NCBI GenBank assembly: GCA_041671045.1
Contig: JBAZCF010000004.1
Location: 129,540-193,539 of the forward strand
Direction of reading: 5' to 3'
DNA from: Parachlamydiales bacterium
Lineage (GTDB): Bacteria > Chlamydiota > Chlamydiia > Chlamydiales > JABDDJ01
DNA length: 64,000 nucleotides
Shown here: positions 35,944 to 46,039 of the stretch, piece after piece
Layout of the letters: each line of letters starts with the position of its first letter
How positions within the stretch are numbered: the stretch's first letter is position 1
Position numbers and translations under genes: made by a program
Notes under the pieces: model-generated
Databases searched by the model: none
Told to the model about the DNA's origin: nothing
The model's input: only the letters and a program-made list of their open reading frames with translations

Positions 35944-36036
35944 CTAGTATCTGTTTTAAATAAATATGTATATTTATCTTAACAATTTATTAATAATTAT
36001 TTGTTATAATTATTTATTTTAACAAATGAATTGATT

Positions 36037-38250
36037 ATGACTAATAATATTGCTTGGATCAGTGCAGCAGGAAATGGGATAGCTAAGGGCGCCCTTGTGT
36101 CTCAAGCTCAGAGCAATGAAAAGGTTTTTTTCCAGGGAAGAAGCTATTATCTGGCCAGCCTTTATCAGCAAGCAGGTGTTTGGCAAACTTTTAATCAGTT
36201 CTCTGAGATTTTGGGGACTCTATTTCAAAATACGGTTGTATCTTCGCCCATCCAATTCTCCCTTTCCACGCTTTCGTATGCTGCTCATGCTTTGATCTTC
36301 TTTAGCGCTATGATGAAGAACTCTGAAATTTCTACAGGAACTTCAGTCTGTGATGCACCCTACCATATTATAAAAAATGAAATTAGCTATCAGAATTTCC
36401 ATAAACTAAGGCAGCTTACAAATGCCACTGTCAAGCATGCCGGAAATGTGATTCAAGCAGGGCAAATTGCGATTGCAGCCTTTAAATTCTACCAAGGATT
36501 CCAGGTTGAGGCGATAGCTTCCGCTGCATTAATTGGCATAGGCTTATTGGATAGGAACAATCGACTTGGACAAAGAGTAAGCAAACTATTTAATCAGTGC
36601 CTTCCGTCTTTGTCCGCTATAGGCGTTTTAGTATCTTTAAGTCCCGTAGCATTAAAACTTGCAGCTGGGGCAATTTTGATAAATGAGCTTATTCCTGGGA
36701 TTATCCGTTTCCTCAGAAACACTATGGATAAAGCAGTACATGGATACTATATTACCTATGGCGGGTACTATCCGCATCTTAAAACATTAGCCTCCTCCAA
36801 ATCTAATGAACTCAGTCAAGATCTGGACTTAAGCATTTGTAAAAAGGATGTTGAAATTGATTTCAAACATTTGGGTGTAGTGCCTACTCTGGATGTAGAT
36901 ACTACCGGGGCCTCCTTCGAAGATTTTAAGGAGTGCTTCAAAGGAATAGATTGGGAGGATGAAGACAACTTTAAAGTCCTTGAAGAATCCATTCTGAATG
37001 ATAAAGCGACCATCGAATATTTTGTCGAGTTGTTTAGTCTTACTCCCCCCAATGTGATGAATACGATCATCCGAACAGAAAGATCCTTTGTGAAGAAGGC
37101 GGGCGAAGAGAATAGACCGTTATTTAGTCTAAATCCTGAGAAACCCGATTTTAGACCTGAAGGTAAACGCTTTTTGATTGAAAGAGCGCGCCTGAAATTA
37201 GCACTCTTTGTTCAAAATCTAGAAGGTGGTAGTCGGCCTGCAGGAGATCTTAGAAGTATCGATGAGATGAAAGAGCGTGCTTTGCAAGTTGTTGCCTTTC
37301 TTAAATATATGCCTCAGGAAACCGCGGAACAGAGGGACCTGAAGAGAAAAATTATTCTCGAATTAGCTATGAACGGTAGCGACTATTCATTCTTCATGAT
37401 GCAACAATCCATAAATCGTTGCTATAGTATGGTGATCACTAATACGGCACAGAAGTGTACATCCCTAAAAACACGATTGCAGCAGTGTTTACAGCAGAAA
37501 AGAATGGAGATTGTCCATACATGGTATGATCGGATCCAAGAATATGCACCGATAAACTTTGGAAGTTTTTTGGGATTCAATATCATGTCCGATGTGCATA
37601 TCTACAACGAGTTTTACAGTTTTATACAACCGGGGTTAGGGTTGGATGAGAGTAATATTGGGCAAGATCGTACTGTAGAGTATATCCCTCCTTTAGGATA
37701 TTTTGTCAGAACATTATTTCCCTATTATAGGCACGCATTTTTCTCACCTTCTCCTTGGAGTAAAGAAGACGCTATTGAACTGAATAAAACTACTTTAGAC
37801 GTCATGAAAGCAGCTATGACTTCGTTAAAATTTACTGCATTCGGAAATGAAGAGCAGGGGTATTTTTCTAGAGGATGGACCCTCTTAAAAGGTATATATA
37901 CTGTTCCACGTGATGCTTTTAGATTAATTAACGCAACGATTTTTCTATATTTTGAAGCGATTGCCGGTCAATATCGCTATGATAAAGAAACCATTTTGCA
38001 GGTTTATAATGAGAATCTAGGCAAAGCCTTCACCCAGGCTGAGTATGATGAATGGTGGGAAAAAAGGCTGGAGTTCAATCTTATGAAAGACCGGCTTCTT
38101 ACTGAGAAGGCTAAAGATCCCGAAAAGTTTGTTATTCTTATGTTTATGAAAATGGATATGCTGAAAAGACGCTGGATACCTAGAGAGATTGTGGCATTCG
38201 ATTTGAAGAGCAACATATCCGAAGATGTCACAAACTATGTGACAGGCTGA
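36037..38250 (+). CDS. Hypothetical 737-aa protein with N-terminal hydrophobic segments (Inc-like topology is speculative)
   Basis: Long AT-rich ORF. Hydrophobic stretches AHALIFFSAMM, AIASAALIGIGLL and LPSLSAIGVLVSLSPVALKLAAGAILINELIPGII lie in the first ~230 aa, followed by a ~500-aa soluble region with no recognised motif. TGTTATAAT (extended -10) at 36002-36010. Confidence 0.65.
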   Translation: MTNNIAWISAAGNGIAKGALVSQAQSNEKVFFQGRSYYLASLYQQAGVWQTFNQFSEILGTLFQNTVVSSPIQFSLSTLSYAAHALIFFSAMMKNSEISTGTSVCDAPYHIIKNEISYQNFHKLRQLTNATVKHAGNVIQAGQIAIAAFKFYQGFQVEAIASAALIGIGLLDRNNRLGQRVSKLFNQCLPSLSAIGVLVSLSPVALKLAAGAILINELIPGIIRFLRNTMDKAVHGYYITYGGYYPHLKTLASSKSNELSQDLDLSICKKDVEIDFKHLGVVPTLDVDTTGASFEDFKECFKGIDWEDEDNFKVLEESILNDKATIEYFVELFSLTPPNVMNTIIRTERSFVKKAGEENRPLFSLNPEKPDFRPEGKRFLIERARLKLALFVQNLEGGSRPAGDLRSIDEMKERALQVVAFLKYMPQETAEQRDLKRKIILELAMNGSDYSFFMMQQSINRCYSMVITNTAQKCTSLKTRLQQCLQQKRMEIVHTWYDRIQEYAPINFGSFLGFNIMSDVHIYNEFYSFIQPGLGLDESNIGQDRTVEYIPPLGYFVRTLFPYYRHAFFSPSPWSKEDAIELNKTTLDVMKAAMTSLKFTAFGNEEQGYFSRGWTLLKGIYTVPRDAFRLINATIFLYFEAIAGQYRYDKETILQVYNENLGKAFTQAEYDEWWEKRLEFNLMKDRLLTEKAKDPEKFVILMFMKMDMLKRRWIPREIVAFDLKSNISEDVTNYVTG

Positions 38251-38261
38251 TGGACGTTATT

Positions 38262-41200
38262 TTAGTTAGGGACAACCTGTAATTTGTTTTTGGTAAAATG
38301 CAGTAGTTTCTTGCACATGGATATTATAATTTGAGTATCCTGATCTAGGAGAGGGGCGTTCTTTAACTTTAAGTCGAGTTTTACTTTAAGTTCAGAAATA
38401 CCCGCAATAGTTAAAAGCTTAGGCTCATCAATGAAGGATTTCAGTAGATTCAATGCAAGCCCGTCTCCATTCATTAAACTTTCTACCCATAATTTAAGGC
38501 ATGCATTTTGCTTGTTCTGGTCTAGGTAAAGTTCATTATTATCTTCTGTTTCCTTCCAAAGAAATGAGGTTAAAATCATCCAGCCTCTTAATTTAGGTTC
38601 GATATCTCCAGGGGTATTAAGCAAGGAAATTTGATTTAATAGTAAATATTCAAAATAATTTTGTAATTGATGCGAATCTTCAATCCCCTTAAATACCTGG
38701 GTTTCAATACAGATATCTAAAATTGCCAGCAGCTCAAGTTCAATTCGGTCCTCTATTTCTCTATCTTTAGGTTTAGTTTGAATAAGTTTAGAGAGGATTT
38801 TCATCAATTTTTGTTTTAGCTGATCATATTTGAATATTTGTATGTGCTGTTTATCAAGAAAATGAAAAAGTCCTTTGCAGGCTGCATGAGGGATATAGTC
38901 TGATATGTCCAGCATCCGAAGGAGAGTATTAAAAATATAAGCATACATCTCAACGAGGCCGGGGGAGTCTGCTTTATAAAGATATGTTTGTAATCCTGCT
39001 AGCAGGCACATATGGATGTAAACATTTCCCCAACACTCCCTTGCTGTAGTATAAGTCCATATATTGACAAAGGCAGTACCTGCTTCATTTATTATTTCTT
39101 TCTGCGATCGACTATTCCAATCTAACAATGCGAAAGAGATGTTAGGGGTTATCCCTTTGATGTTATAGATCCTATTGCATTCGAAAATAAGGTTTGACAT
39201 ACAATAGAGTAGAGAATACTTGTCCACTGATTTTGAATTAAATATCTTACTCTGCATTTCTTTATATTTATTAATATTAGTATCTTCTCCGAGGCGATGG
39301 ATTTCGAAATTCATCAATAGAATGTTGTAGGCTAAGTAGAGTCCTTTACCGTGTCTAGGAGTATGCGTTAGCATTTTTTGAAATAATGAAAATGCAGCAG
39401 CTGTATGTTTCTTTTCATTAGCGGGATAGCGGTGCGCTTGATCTATTTCAGTTTCCAAAAGCAGGAGAAGGAATGCGAATTTTGGATCGTTTACCCAATA
39501 GTACCTGCTTAGGCTTCCCGGCTTATAAATGGATGAGAAGTGAATAGAAATATTCTGGGTCAGTGTATTGACTACACTGCATATCACATTTTGGTTGTAA
39601 TAGGATGCATCGCCGGAAGAGTTTTCAACCAATAGTTCGGCAATATGTTTAAATACAAAATAGCTTTTGTTCGTGGAATGATGGACGATTACCTTCGGAT
39701 TGCTAAGAACTTTCCTCTTAAAAAGCACATTAGCAAATGTTTTTGCACGTAAATTAAAGCCGGAATCTGACAAGGAGATTAGGAACAAATGAACAAGGAC
39801 TTCAAGTTTATATCTGAAGCCATTGCTGTAGGAGGGATCATACATATTTATACTTAAACAGTATCCCATGGCATTTTCTATCAATTCTTTTATTTTAGAA
39901 TTATTTGCCGGAGTTTGCTGCTGTTCTCTAAGCTTGCAAATACTTTCAAGGGGAATTAACAATTGAACGAGGATTTGGGAGTTGCATGAGGGTGGTGGTT
40001 TATTTTCTATAATGCAGGAACTAATATGTTCGTGCATACTCTGGGGAAGGATGTCTAAGAGGCTCCGCGGATTAGCAAAAACTTTGCTGGGATGATTAAT
40101 ACTGCAGTGCACTAAGCGGGAACATTCAATGGATAAATAGGTATCATTCGCTAGTGTAAAGATATTTCTAAAAGAAGTTTTTCTCTCTTCCATAGTTCCA
40201 TATTTCATTGTAGAAGCGAATATAGAATTCAGAAAGTGGCTGAAAATAGGGAGGAGGTTATCGCTAAGTGGGGAGGCTTCAATGATTGCAGCATAGATTT
40301 TCTCTACAGTCATTTCGATGAAATTAGGCCACTCAATGGGGTTATTAAGATTAATAGTATTTAAAAAGAACTCCACCTCTTTGAACAGAATTTCTGTCTC
40401 CAGAGTAGTATCCGGGGGGTTATGGGAAACAAGAACCGCAAATTTTTGGAAACCAAGGCATAGAAGGTTTGTGCCTAAAGTAAAATTTATCCCGGTACGA
40501 TGGGAAGGGTGTATTTGCAAGAAATAGAAAAGTGATTTTGTCAATCTAGACATGGCGACAGGCTTGCAGGTATTAGGGAGAAGCTCGCAAATGGTAGTGT
40601 AAACATTTGAAAAAGTGTTTACATCGGTGTTTTCAAAGTCCCTAAAAGCGAAATAATAAAGCCTGTGAATCGAACGGCTTAAGCAAGCAGGATGTGATTT
40701 ACGTAAATAATGAAATGTAAGCCAGAAAGAGGAGATGTTTTCTTCAAAAGTGGTGAGTCTAATTTCTTGACTGTCTGTATCTAAGTTATTTAAGAAGAAG
40801 CTCAAAAGGCGATGATATTCATTATTCAAAGGATAGAGCTGATTTTTCAAACACAAAGATAATATGCCCACAGCGATAGGGATAACTCTGCGGCATAACT
40901 TCTCATCATCCATAGCAGGATGAAAGAAAAGCCTTTCGAGTAAGTCTTTAAGAACACTTATATAATCTAAGTTATCCTTCAGGGCATTATAATACTTAAG
41001 ATTTAACTGGAAGAGGTAGTCTATGAATGCAATTTGACTTTGTGCACCAGTAAGATCATAACATTGCTCAAGTGCATCTAAAGTTTTTTTATCAAGATCT
41101 TGTGCGTTTCCACTGTTTAAATTGTAATATTGCGACGGGGTTAAAAATCCTTTAGGGCTTAATAATACATCTAAGAAAAGATTGTTCAACTGATTCATAT

Positions 41201-44200
41201 GACTAGGCATATCTTTGAAAGGACTGAAGGTAATTTCAAAATCGGTATGTATTTTAATTTGCTGAGTAAAATCACGTGAAGCCAAAATACGGGATACAGT
41301 TACCTCCACAGCAGCCTGGATTAACTTAAAAGCTTCTGTAAATAATAGAGGGTGGTTATTGAAATAGATAATGAGATGCATCATCAGGGCATCATAGAAA
41401 GGGTCTGTGTGGGAATGGGCGGAATGGAGCATGTCAAACAAGGTATTATACCATAATGAATCCAAGCGGGCTTGTACTGATTTGCCTAAGGCCTTATGCA
41501 GTAAAGGAAAAATATAGGGACAGTTTATGACTGCAGAAAGAGGTGCAGTTTCTTCTAAAATATTAAAAACGTAAGGTGCAAGTATTTTAGGGATCTCTTT
41601 AATATATTTTGCACAGTAGGAGGATATAAAACTGATTTGAATTTCTTTTGCTTTTTGAATGTCCCCATTTTGGAAGGTTGCTTGGACGATCCAAGGGAAA
41701 AATCCTGCAAGAACAGTCTGTTTATAGAGGGCTTTTGATTTTTCAAAGATCTTAAAAAGATGGATGGCTAATTGCGCATCTAGTTTCTTTGGCCATTTTG
41801 TAGCATTGTCGAAGAGAAGGTCTATGGATTGTTTATTGTATTTAGGATGCTTTTCAACCGTTATTAAAATATATGCGCAGCACACAATCAATACATTTTG
41901 ATAGTTCTTCTGAAAAGCAAGCGGAATAAGAACTTGTAAAATAGAATGTTGCAGCGCAGGTTTAAATTTATAGCGTCCTGCCTCGTTAAGCACTTCAAGA
42001 ATAAAATCTTCGGAAGAAGCTTCTGTGCATTGGAAAAGTCTACAAAGGATATTTCTTCTTTTGTCAGGAGGAATCGTTGTCTCAGCACGGAGACACTTAA
42101 ATAGGTCTTTAAGGCTGTCAAATAAACTTATGAGTTCTGAAGGTGCATGAAGGCCAAGTGCCACAATAGTTTGATTTGATGTTGGCTGGGAAGATGTCTT
42201 CCAAATTGCGAACGTATGGACTGCTAGAGTTTTTTTTCCTTTGTGTTCAACCCATTTCCACAAGCAATCCCAATCGGAGCCGTTCAAAAGAGGCGCGTAC
42301 TTTTTTATGAGATCCGGCATTTTGGGGTGGGTAAAAGTAAAATCTGCCCAAAGTGTTCTAAGAGAGATAATTTTGCTTTCATCCGAAGATGTTTCATTAT
42401 TAGAATCCAGCAGGTAAACGATTAACTGGTTATAGTCATTATTTTTCAGGGCTTCGCTTAAATTATATTCGTAGTGTTTCGTTATGCGTTTGTCATTAGG
42501 AAATAGGTGTTTGATCGAAGTGAGGAATTTCCAAGGGATGAGATTATTGCCATTCAATAGTAAAGAAATAATCTTTAATAGGGGTTCGTACTCGTCAGTC
42601 TTAGCAGCACTTTTCTGAATATTTTGTTTCTGTGCAGCGCGTACAACCAGCAGGTGCAGAGCAGGGTCATCAGGTATTTTCTCCATAAATGCCAGCATAA
42701 GACTAAAAGTTTCACAATTGCTAAATGAAGGAGTGGCATTTGCCGTTTGGAACCACTCTAAGTAAACATTTGGATTAGCTGAAATCTGCTGTAGGGCTAG
42801 GGAAATATATAATTCTCTTTGGGATGTCGAGAAAGTCTTCATTCTATTGTAAAGGCTTATGAAAGTGGGATTAGCAACTGTAACATTCTTAGAGGCCTCG
42901 ATTTGGAGCGCTTCCAGCAGGCAGTCTGTTTTTAACTCTTCATAAACTAATAAAGCGTTTTCCTGATGAAGTTTTGCATCGTCTCTATGTCTTGCGGAAA
43001 GTAGTAGATGATTGGAAAAAGCAGACCATTCCTTGGACGCTGGTGTATGTGCTTTCAAAGTGGCCAGAGTTTTTGCTATGGCTGTGGATAGATTTAGTGA
43101 TTCAAGAGTGTCTTCTGTTACCAATGTACGGGCAATTTCTAGAAATAGAACGTAATTAGATTCATTGATCAGATTGCTATCCCTTTTCAGGGCAGGTGTT
43201 AGTAGGGGTGTTAATGAAAAACTATTTCCCACGTTCTGAAGAAATTTTATCGTTTCATTTCTCAGCAGATCAATTGCAGTGACATCCTTAAATAAAGGGT
43301 GACTTTGAGCCTTCAAAAGAAGAGCATATAGTTTAGGTGCAGAGGGTTGTATTTCGGTGAACTTTTCGATGATTTTCAAGATGACACGATATACTTCTAA
43401 ATTATTTTCTGAGGGGATCGGAGTTACCGAAAGCCAATCCGTAGCCATTTCTGATAAGGCATAAAGGCATCTTTTAGATATAACTTCAGGTGTTTCATCA
43501 TCTAATAAGATGAAAAGACGCCTCCAATAGTTTAAATAAGATGGCACGAGCTGTTTGAAAAGCCTGCTCTTGAATATTTCTACAACGGATGCAAATTCAT
43601 TTTTCCAGGGAAATTTCGATCCCAATTTTGATATTTCATCGGCAAGCAAAATGCCTTGTCGACAAGATTCTTCCAACTGTTGGGGATTTTGACTATTGAA
43701 TGTCTTTTTTAATTTAATGAAAGCTTTTAGATAGTTGTCTCGAAGGGGTGCCTCCTCAAAGGAAACGTTAATCGTCCGATGTGAACATAAATCATATAAT
43801 TTGCACCAACAGGAAATCTTATGTGATGCACTAGTCATAAGGAGTCTAAGTTTATCGGATAGATATTTTAAGGAAGTTGTATCTAACGTCCCTTGGTTTA
43901 CAGCAGTCTGCAATTCATCAATAGCGGTTTCAGGATAGTAAAAAAGCATCCTGCAGATGAACCTCAGTTCAAATGCGGGTTTTTCAATCAGCTGGACCCT
44001 CCACAGTTCAAACGCAAATGCACTGAGTTGCGGGTCTCCGCTATAGGCAAGAGCAAGCATCCAACCCTGAGGAGTACACTGTATTAAATACCCTAAAATG
44101 ACGGAATGCATATGTTTCGGGCTGACTGATAATAATAACGATTTTCCGACTTGTATTGCTGTTTCACGTATCAGAGGATGATTTGCATTCATCACATGCG

Positions 44201-45932
44201 GAAGTATAGTCATGCATAAGATTTCTTCAGCCTTCTGAACCCCTAGAGCGCGCAGCTGCATTAACAAAGAAAGGGCGATAAGTTGGAGTATCTTATTTTC
44301 AGGCTTGCCCCAGCTCTGAACTTTGGCTAAAAGGGCTTCAGCTTCAAATACAATGCGCTCTTTGTATTTACTAAAAACCGGGATTGTACTTTCTGTTGCA
44401 ATGGATAAAGAAAATACAGAAGTAAAAATATCTATCAAGAGGGGAGAGTATTCATCTAAAAAAAGATGAACCCTTTCAGTAGAGGTAGCAAGGGCGTTTG
44501 GGTCCCACTCCAACAAGATTTTAAAGCCTGTGTCATGAATGAGCTCAAGGAAGGGTTCATCGAATATTTTTGTAAGATGGACTTTCGAATTGTGCATTGA
44601 GGGGCATGCCAGCATAAGCCCAATACTTGCATTTAACATCAGAGCTATGACTGAAGCAGGAATTCCGCTATGCCGTGCATTGAAAAGGGGATCACTAGCT
44701 TGGGTGTTTTCCGAGAACAACTTTTTGAATGCAAGTTGAGTATAAGGTTTCAATCCTTTTTGAAAATTTACCTCCCTCTCGCAGATGAGCTCAAAGGCTA
44801 AGAATAGAACAAATTTTATCTCGCTAGTATTGTCTGATTGCTCGTTAGTAATGTCTGAATGGCTGATCACATGATTATGGATGTATTCTGCAAATTTGGA
44901 AGCCCATTTTTTTTTATCATGGGATTTATTGGAAGCCCATTTATTTTTATCTTGGGATTTATTGAGAGCCCATTTTTTTTTATCTTGAAATTTATTGGAA
45001 TGAGCGAACAAATAGGATGTCAGCATAGAACGTTTATAGCATTTGTTTCCGTTAAGAAAGCCCCAAATAAGGCCTAGAAGGGCGAGGTAATTTTTATCAG
45101 CGGCCTCATCATCGTACATGATTTTAAGCAGTAAGTCTGCAAATGCGCGCCGGTGGCTGTTGGGGTATCTGCTAAGGGGGGTAATATGTAATTTGTCTTC
45201 ATATAAGCTTGTGGGTGTAATAGCAAAATGGAACGCACTATTTCTAAAAAGTGAGAAATTATCCTCCTTATAATACCCTAAACCATAATCAATACGGTCT
45301 TCAGGGATTTTAATAAGCAGATTGGGTTCTTCTTCTGATATGGAAGATTTGAGCTCTTTCCCTATAAATGCACAAGCAGCTGTGTTAAGAATGAAGAGCT
45401 GTTTTTGGGTTACCGGCTTGGAAAATTCAGCGCGTATGTCTAAATCTTTAGGTAAGACATCAAGGCGTTTTTCGGTGTTTGCATTCAATAAGGATGGCAC
45501 CTCTATCAGTAGCTCCCTAACATATGTCTTTCCTGCAGCTTTTGGGGAGGTGGAACCGATTATCTTGAAATGTTTAATGGGGTTTCCAAGGGCTATAGAG
45601 GCTTCATATTGGGATTTTAAGAAGTCCGAGATCGTTTTGGAATTGTTGGTAGATTTTAAGGTGCGATTTAAGATGCTTTGAAGATTGATCTCAGCTTCTT
45701 CCAGGGCTTCTTCAGGAGGCAGAGGCTTTAAATATTCGGCTTTTAAGGAATAGGTTTCATCTAAATAGGGGAGAGCGTTTGCAATTTCCTGATCTTCTGG
45801 TGTTTCAACGGGATGAAATTTACCTTTATGTACTATAGGGATAGCTTCTGCAGAAGGAGAAGAAGATGAGATTAAGGGATTTTGATGGATAGGGGAAATA
45901 GTAGAGACGGCCGAAACAATCGTTATAGACAT
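38262..45932 (-). CDS. Giant protein, 2,556 aa, paralog 1 (no recognised family)
   Basis: Uninterrupted 7.7-kb ORF. Collinear paralogy with the adjacent 3,131-aa ORF from the first 15 residues to near the C-terminus. No signal peptide or TM seen. Leu/Lys/Ile/Phe-rich and helical-repeat-looking. AT-rich. Confidence 0.8.
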   Translation of the reverse strand: MSITIVSAVSTISPIHQNPLISSSSPSAEAIPIVHKGKFHPVETPEDQEIANALPYLDETYSLKAEYLKPLPPEEALEEAEINLQSILNRTLKSTNNSKTISDFLKSQYEASIALGNPIKHFKIIGSTSPKAAGKTYVRELLIEVPSLLNANTEKRLDVLPKDLDIRAEFSKPVTQKQLFILNTAACAFIGKELKSSISEEEPNLLIKIPEDRIDYGLGYYKEDNFSLFRNSAFHFAITPTSLYEDKLHITPLSRYPNSHRRAFADLLLKIMYDDEAADKNYLALLGLIWGFLNGNKCYKRSMLTSYLFAHSNKFQDKKKWALNKSQDKNKWASNKSHDKKKWASKFAEYIHNHVISHSDITNEQSDNTSEIKFVLFLAFELICEREVNFQKGLKPYTQLAFKKLFSENTQASDPLFNARHSGIPASVIALMLNASIGLMLACPSMHNSKVHLTKIFDEPFLELIHDTGFKILLEWDPNALATSTERVHLFLDEYSPLLIDIFTSVFSLSIATESTIPVFSKYKERIVFEAEALLAKVQSWGKPENKILQLIALSLLMQLRALGVQKAEEILCMTILPHVMNANHPLIRETAIQVGKSLLLSVSPKHMHSVILGYLIQCTPQGWMLALAYSGDPQLSAFAFELWRVQLIEKPAFELRFICRMLFYYPETAIDELQTAVNQGTLDTTSLKYLSDKLRLLMTSASHKISCWCKLYDLCSHRTINVSFEEAPLRDNYLKAFIKLKKTFNSQNPQQLEESCRQGILLADEISKLGSKFPWKNEFASVVEIFKSRLFKQLVPSYLNYWRRLFILLDDETPEVISKRCLYALSEMATDWLSVTPIPSENNLEVYRVILKIIEKFTEIQPSAPKLYALLLKAQSHPLFKDVTAIDLLRNETIKFLQNVGNSFSLTPLLTPALKRDSNLINESNYVLFLEIARTLVTEDTLESLNLSTAIAKTLATLKAHTPASKEWSAFSNHLLLSARHRDDAKLHQENALLVYEELKTDCLLEALQIEASKNVTVANPTFISLYNRMKTFSTSQRELYISLALQQISANPNVYLEWFQTANATPSFSNCETFSLMLAFMEKIPDDPALHLLVVRAAQKQNIQKSAAKTDEYEPLLKIISLLLNGNNLIPWKFLTSIKHLFPNDKRITKHYEYNLSEALKNNDYNQLIVYLLDSNNETSSDESKIISLRTLWADFTFTHPKMPDLIKKYAPLLNGSDWDCLWKWVEHKGKKTLAVHTFAIWKTSSQPTSNQTIVALGLHAPSELISLFDSLKDLFKCLRAETTIPPDKRRNILCRLFQCTEASSEDFILEVLNEAGRYKFKPALQHSILQVLIPLAFQKNYQNVLIVCCAYILITVEKHPKYNKQSIDLLFDNATKWPKKLDAQLAIHLFKIFEKSKALYKQTVLAGFFPWIVQATFQNGDIQKAKEIQISFISSYCAKYIKEIPKILAPYVFNILEETAPLSAVINCPYIFPLLHKALGKSVQARLDSLWYNTLFDMLHSAHSHTDPFYDALMMHLIIYFNNHPLLFTEAFKLIQAAVEVTVSRILASRDFTQQIKIHTDFEITFSPFKDMPSHMNQLNNLFLDVLLSPKGFLTPSQYYNLNSGNAQDLDKKTLDALEQCYDLTGAQSQIAFIDYLFQLNLKYYNALKDNLDYISVLKDLLERLFFHPAMDDEKLCRRVIPIAVGILSLCLKNQLYPLNNEYHRLLSFFLNNLDTDSQEIRLTTFEENISSFWLTFHYLRKSHPACLSRSIHRLYYFAFRDFENTDVNTFSNVYTTICELLPNTCKPVAMSRLTKSLFYFLQIHPSHRTGINFTLGTNLLCLGFQKFAVLVSHNPPDTTLETEILFKEVEFFLNTINLNNPIEWPNFIEMTVEKIYAAIIEASPLSDNLLPIFSHFLNSIFASTMKYGTMEERKTSFRNIFTLANDTYLSIECSRLVHCSINHPSKVFANPRSLLDILPQSMHEHISSCIIENKPPPSCNSQILVQLLIPLESICKLREQQQTPANNSKIKELIENAMGYCLSINMYDPSYSNGFRYKLEVLVHLFLISLSDSGFNLRAKTFANVLFKRKVLSNPKVIVHHSTNKSYFVFKHIAELLVENSSGDASYYNQNVICSVVNTLTQNISIHFSSIYKPGSLSRYYWVNDPKFAFLLLLLETEIDQAHRYPANEKKHTAAAFSLFQKMLTHTPRHGKGLYLAYNILLMNFEIHRLGEDTNINKYKEMQSKIFNSKSVDKYSLLYCMSNLIFECNRIYNIKGITPNISFALLDWNSRSQKEIINEAGTAFVNIWTYTTARECWGNVYIHMCLLAGLQTYLYKADSPGLVEMYAYIFNTLLRMLDISDYIPHAACKGLFHFLDKQHIQIFKYDQLKQKLMKILSKLIQTKPKDREIEDRIELELLAILDICIETQVFKGIEDSHQLQNYFEYLLLNQISLLNTPGDIEPKLRGWMILTSFLWKETEDNNELYLDQNKQNACLKLWVESLMNGDGLALNLLKSFIDEPKLLTIAGISELKVKLDLKLKNAPLLDQDTQIIISMCKKLLHFTKNKLQVVPN
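44896..44994 (-). repeat. 3 x 33-bp in-frame tandem repeat with A9 homopolymer tracts (coding strand)
   Basis: Plus-strand units at 44896-44928, 44929-44961 and 44962-44994 (TTGGAAGCCCATTTTTTTTTATCATGGGATTTA and variants). They encode NKFQDKKKWAL / NKSQDKNKWAS / NKSHDKKKWAS. T9 runs at 44907-44915 and 44973-44981. Confidence 0.85.
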
Positions 45933-46039
45933 GATATTCCGTTATCTTTGTTATATACTCAATTGAACTTATAGAATCATCAAGATATCCTTTAATTTTA
46001 TTTTTTTGTACTAGCCTTCTTAAGAGATCTTTAGGGGTA

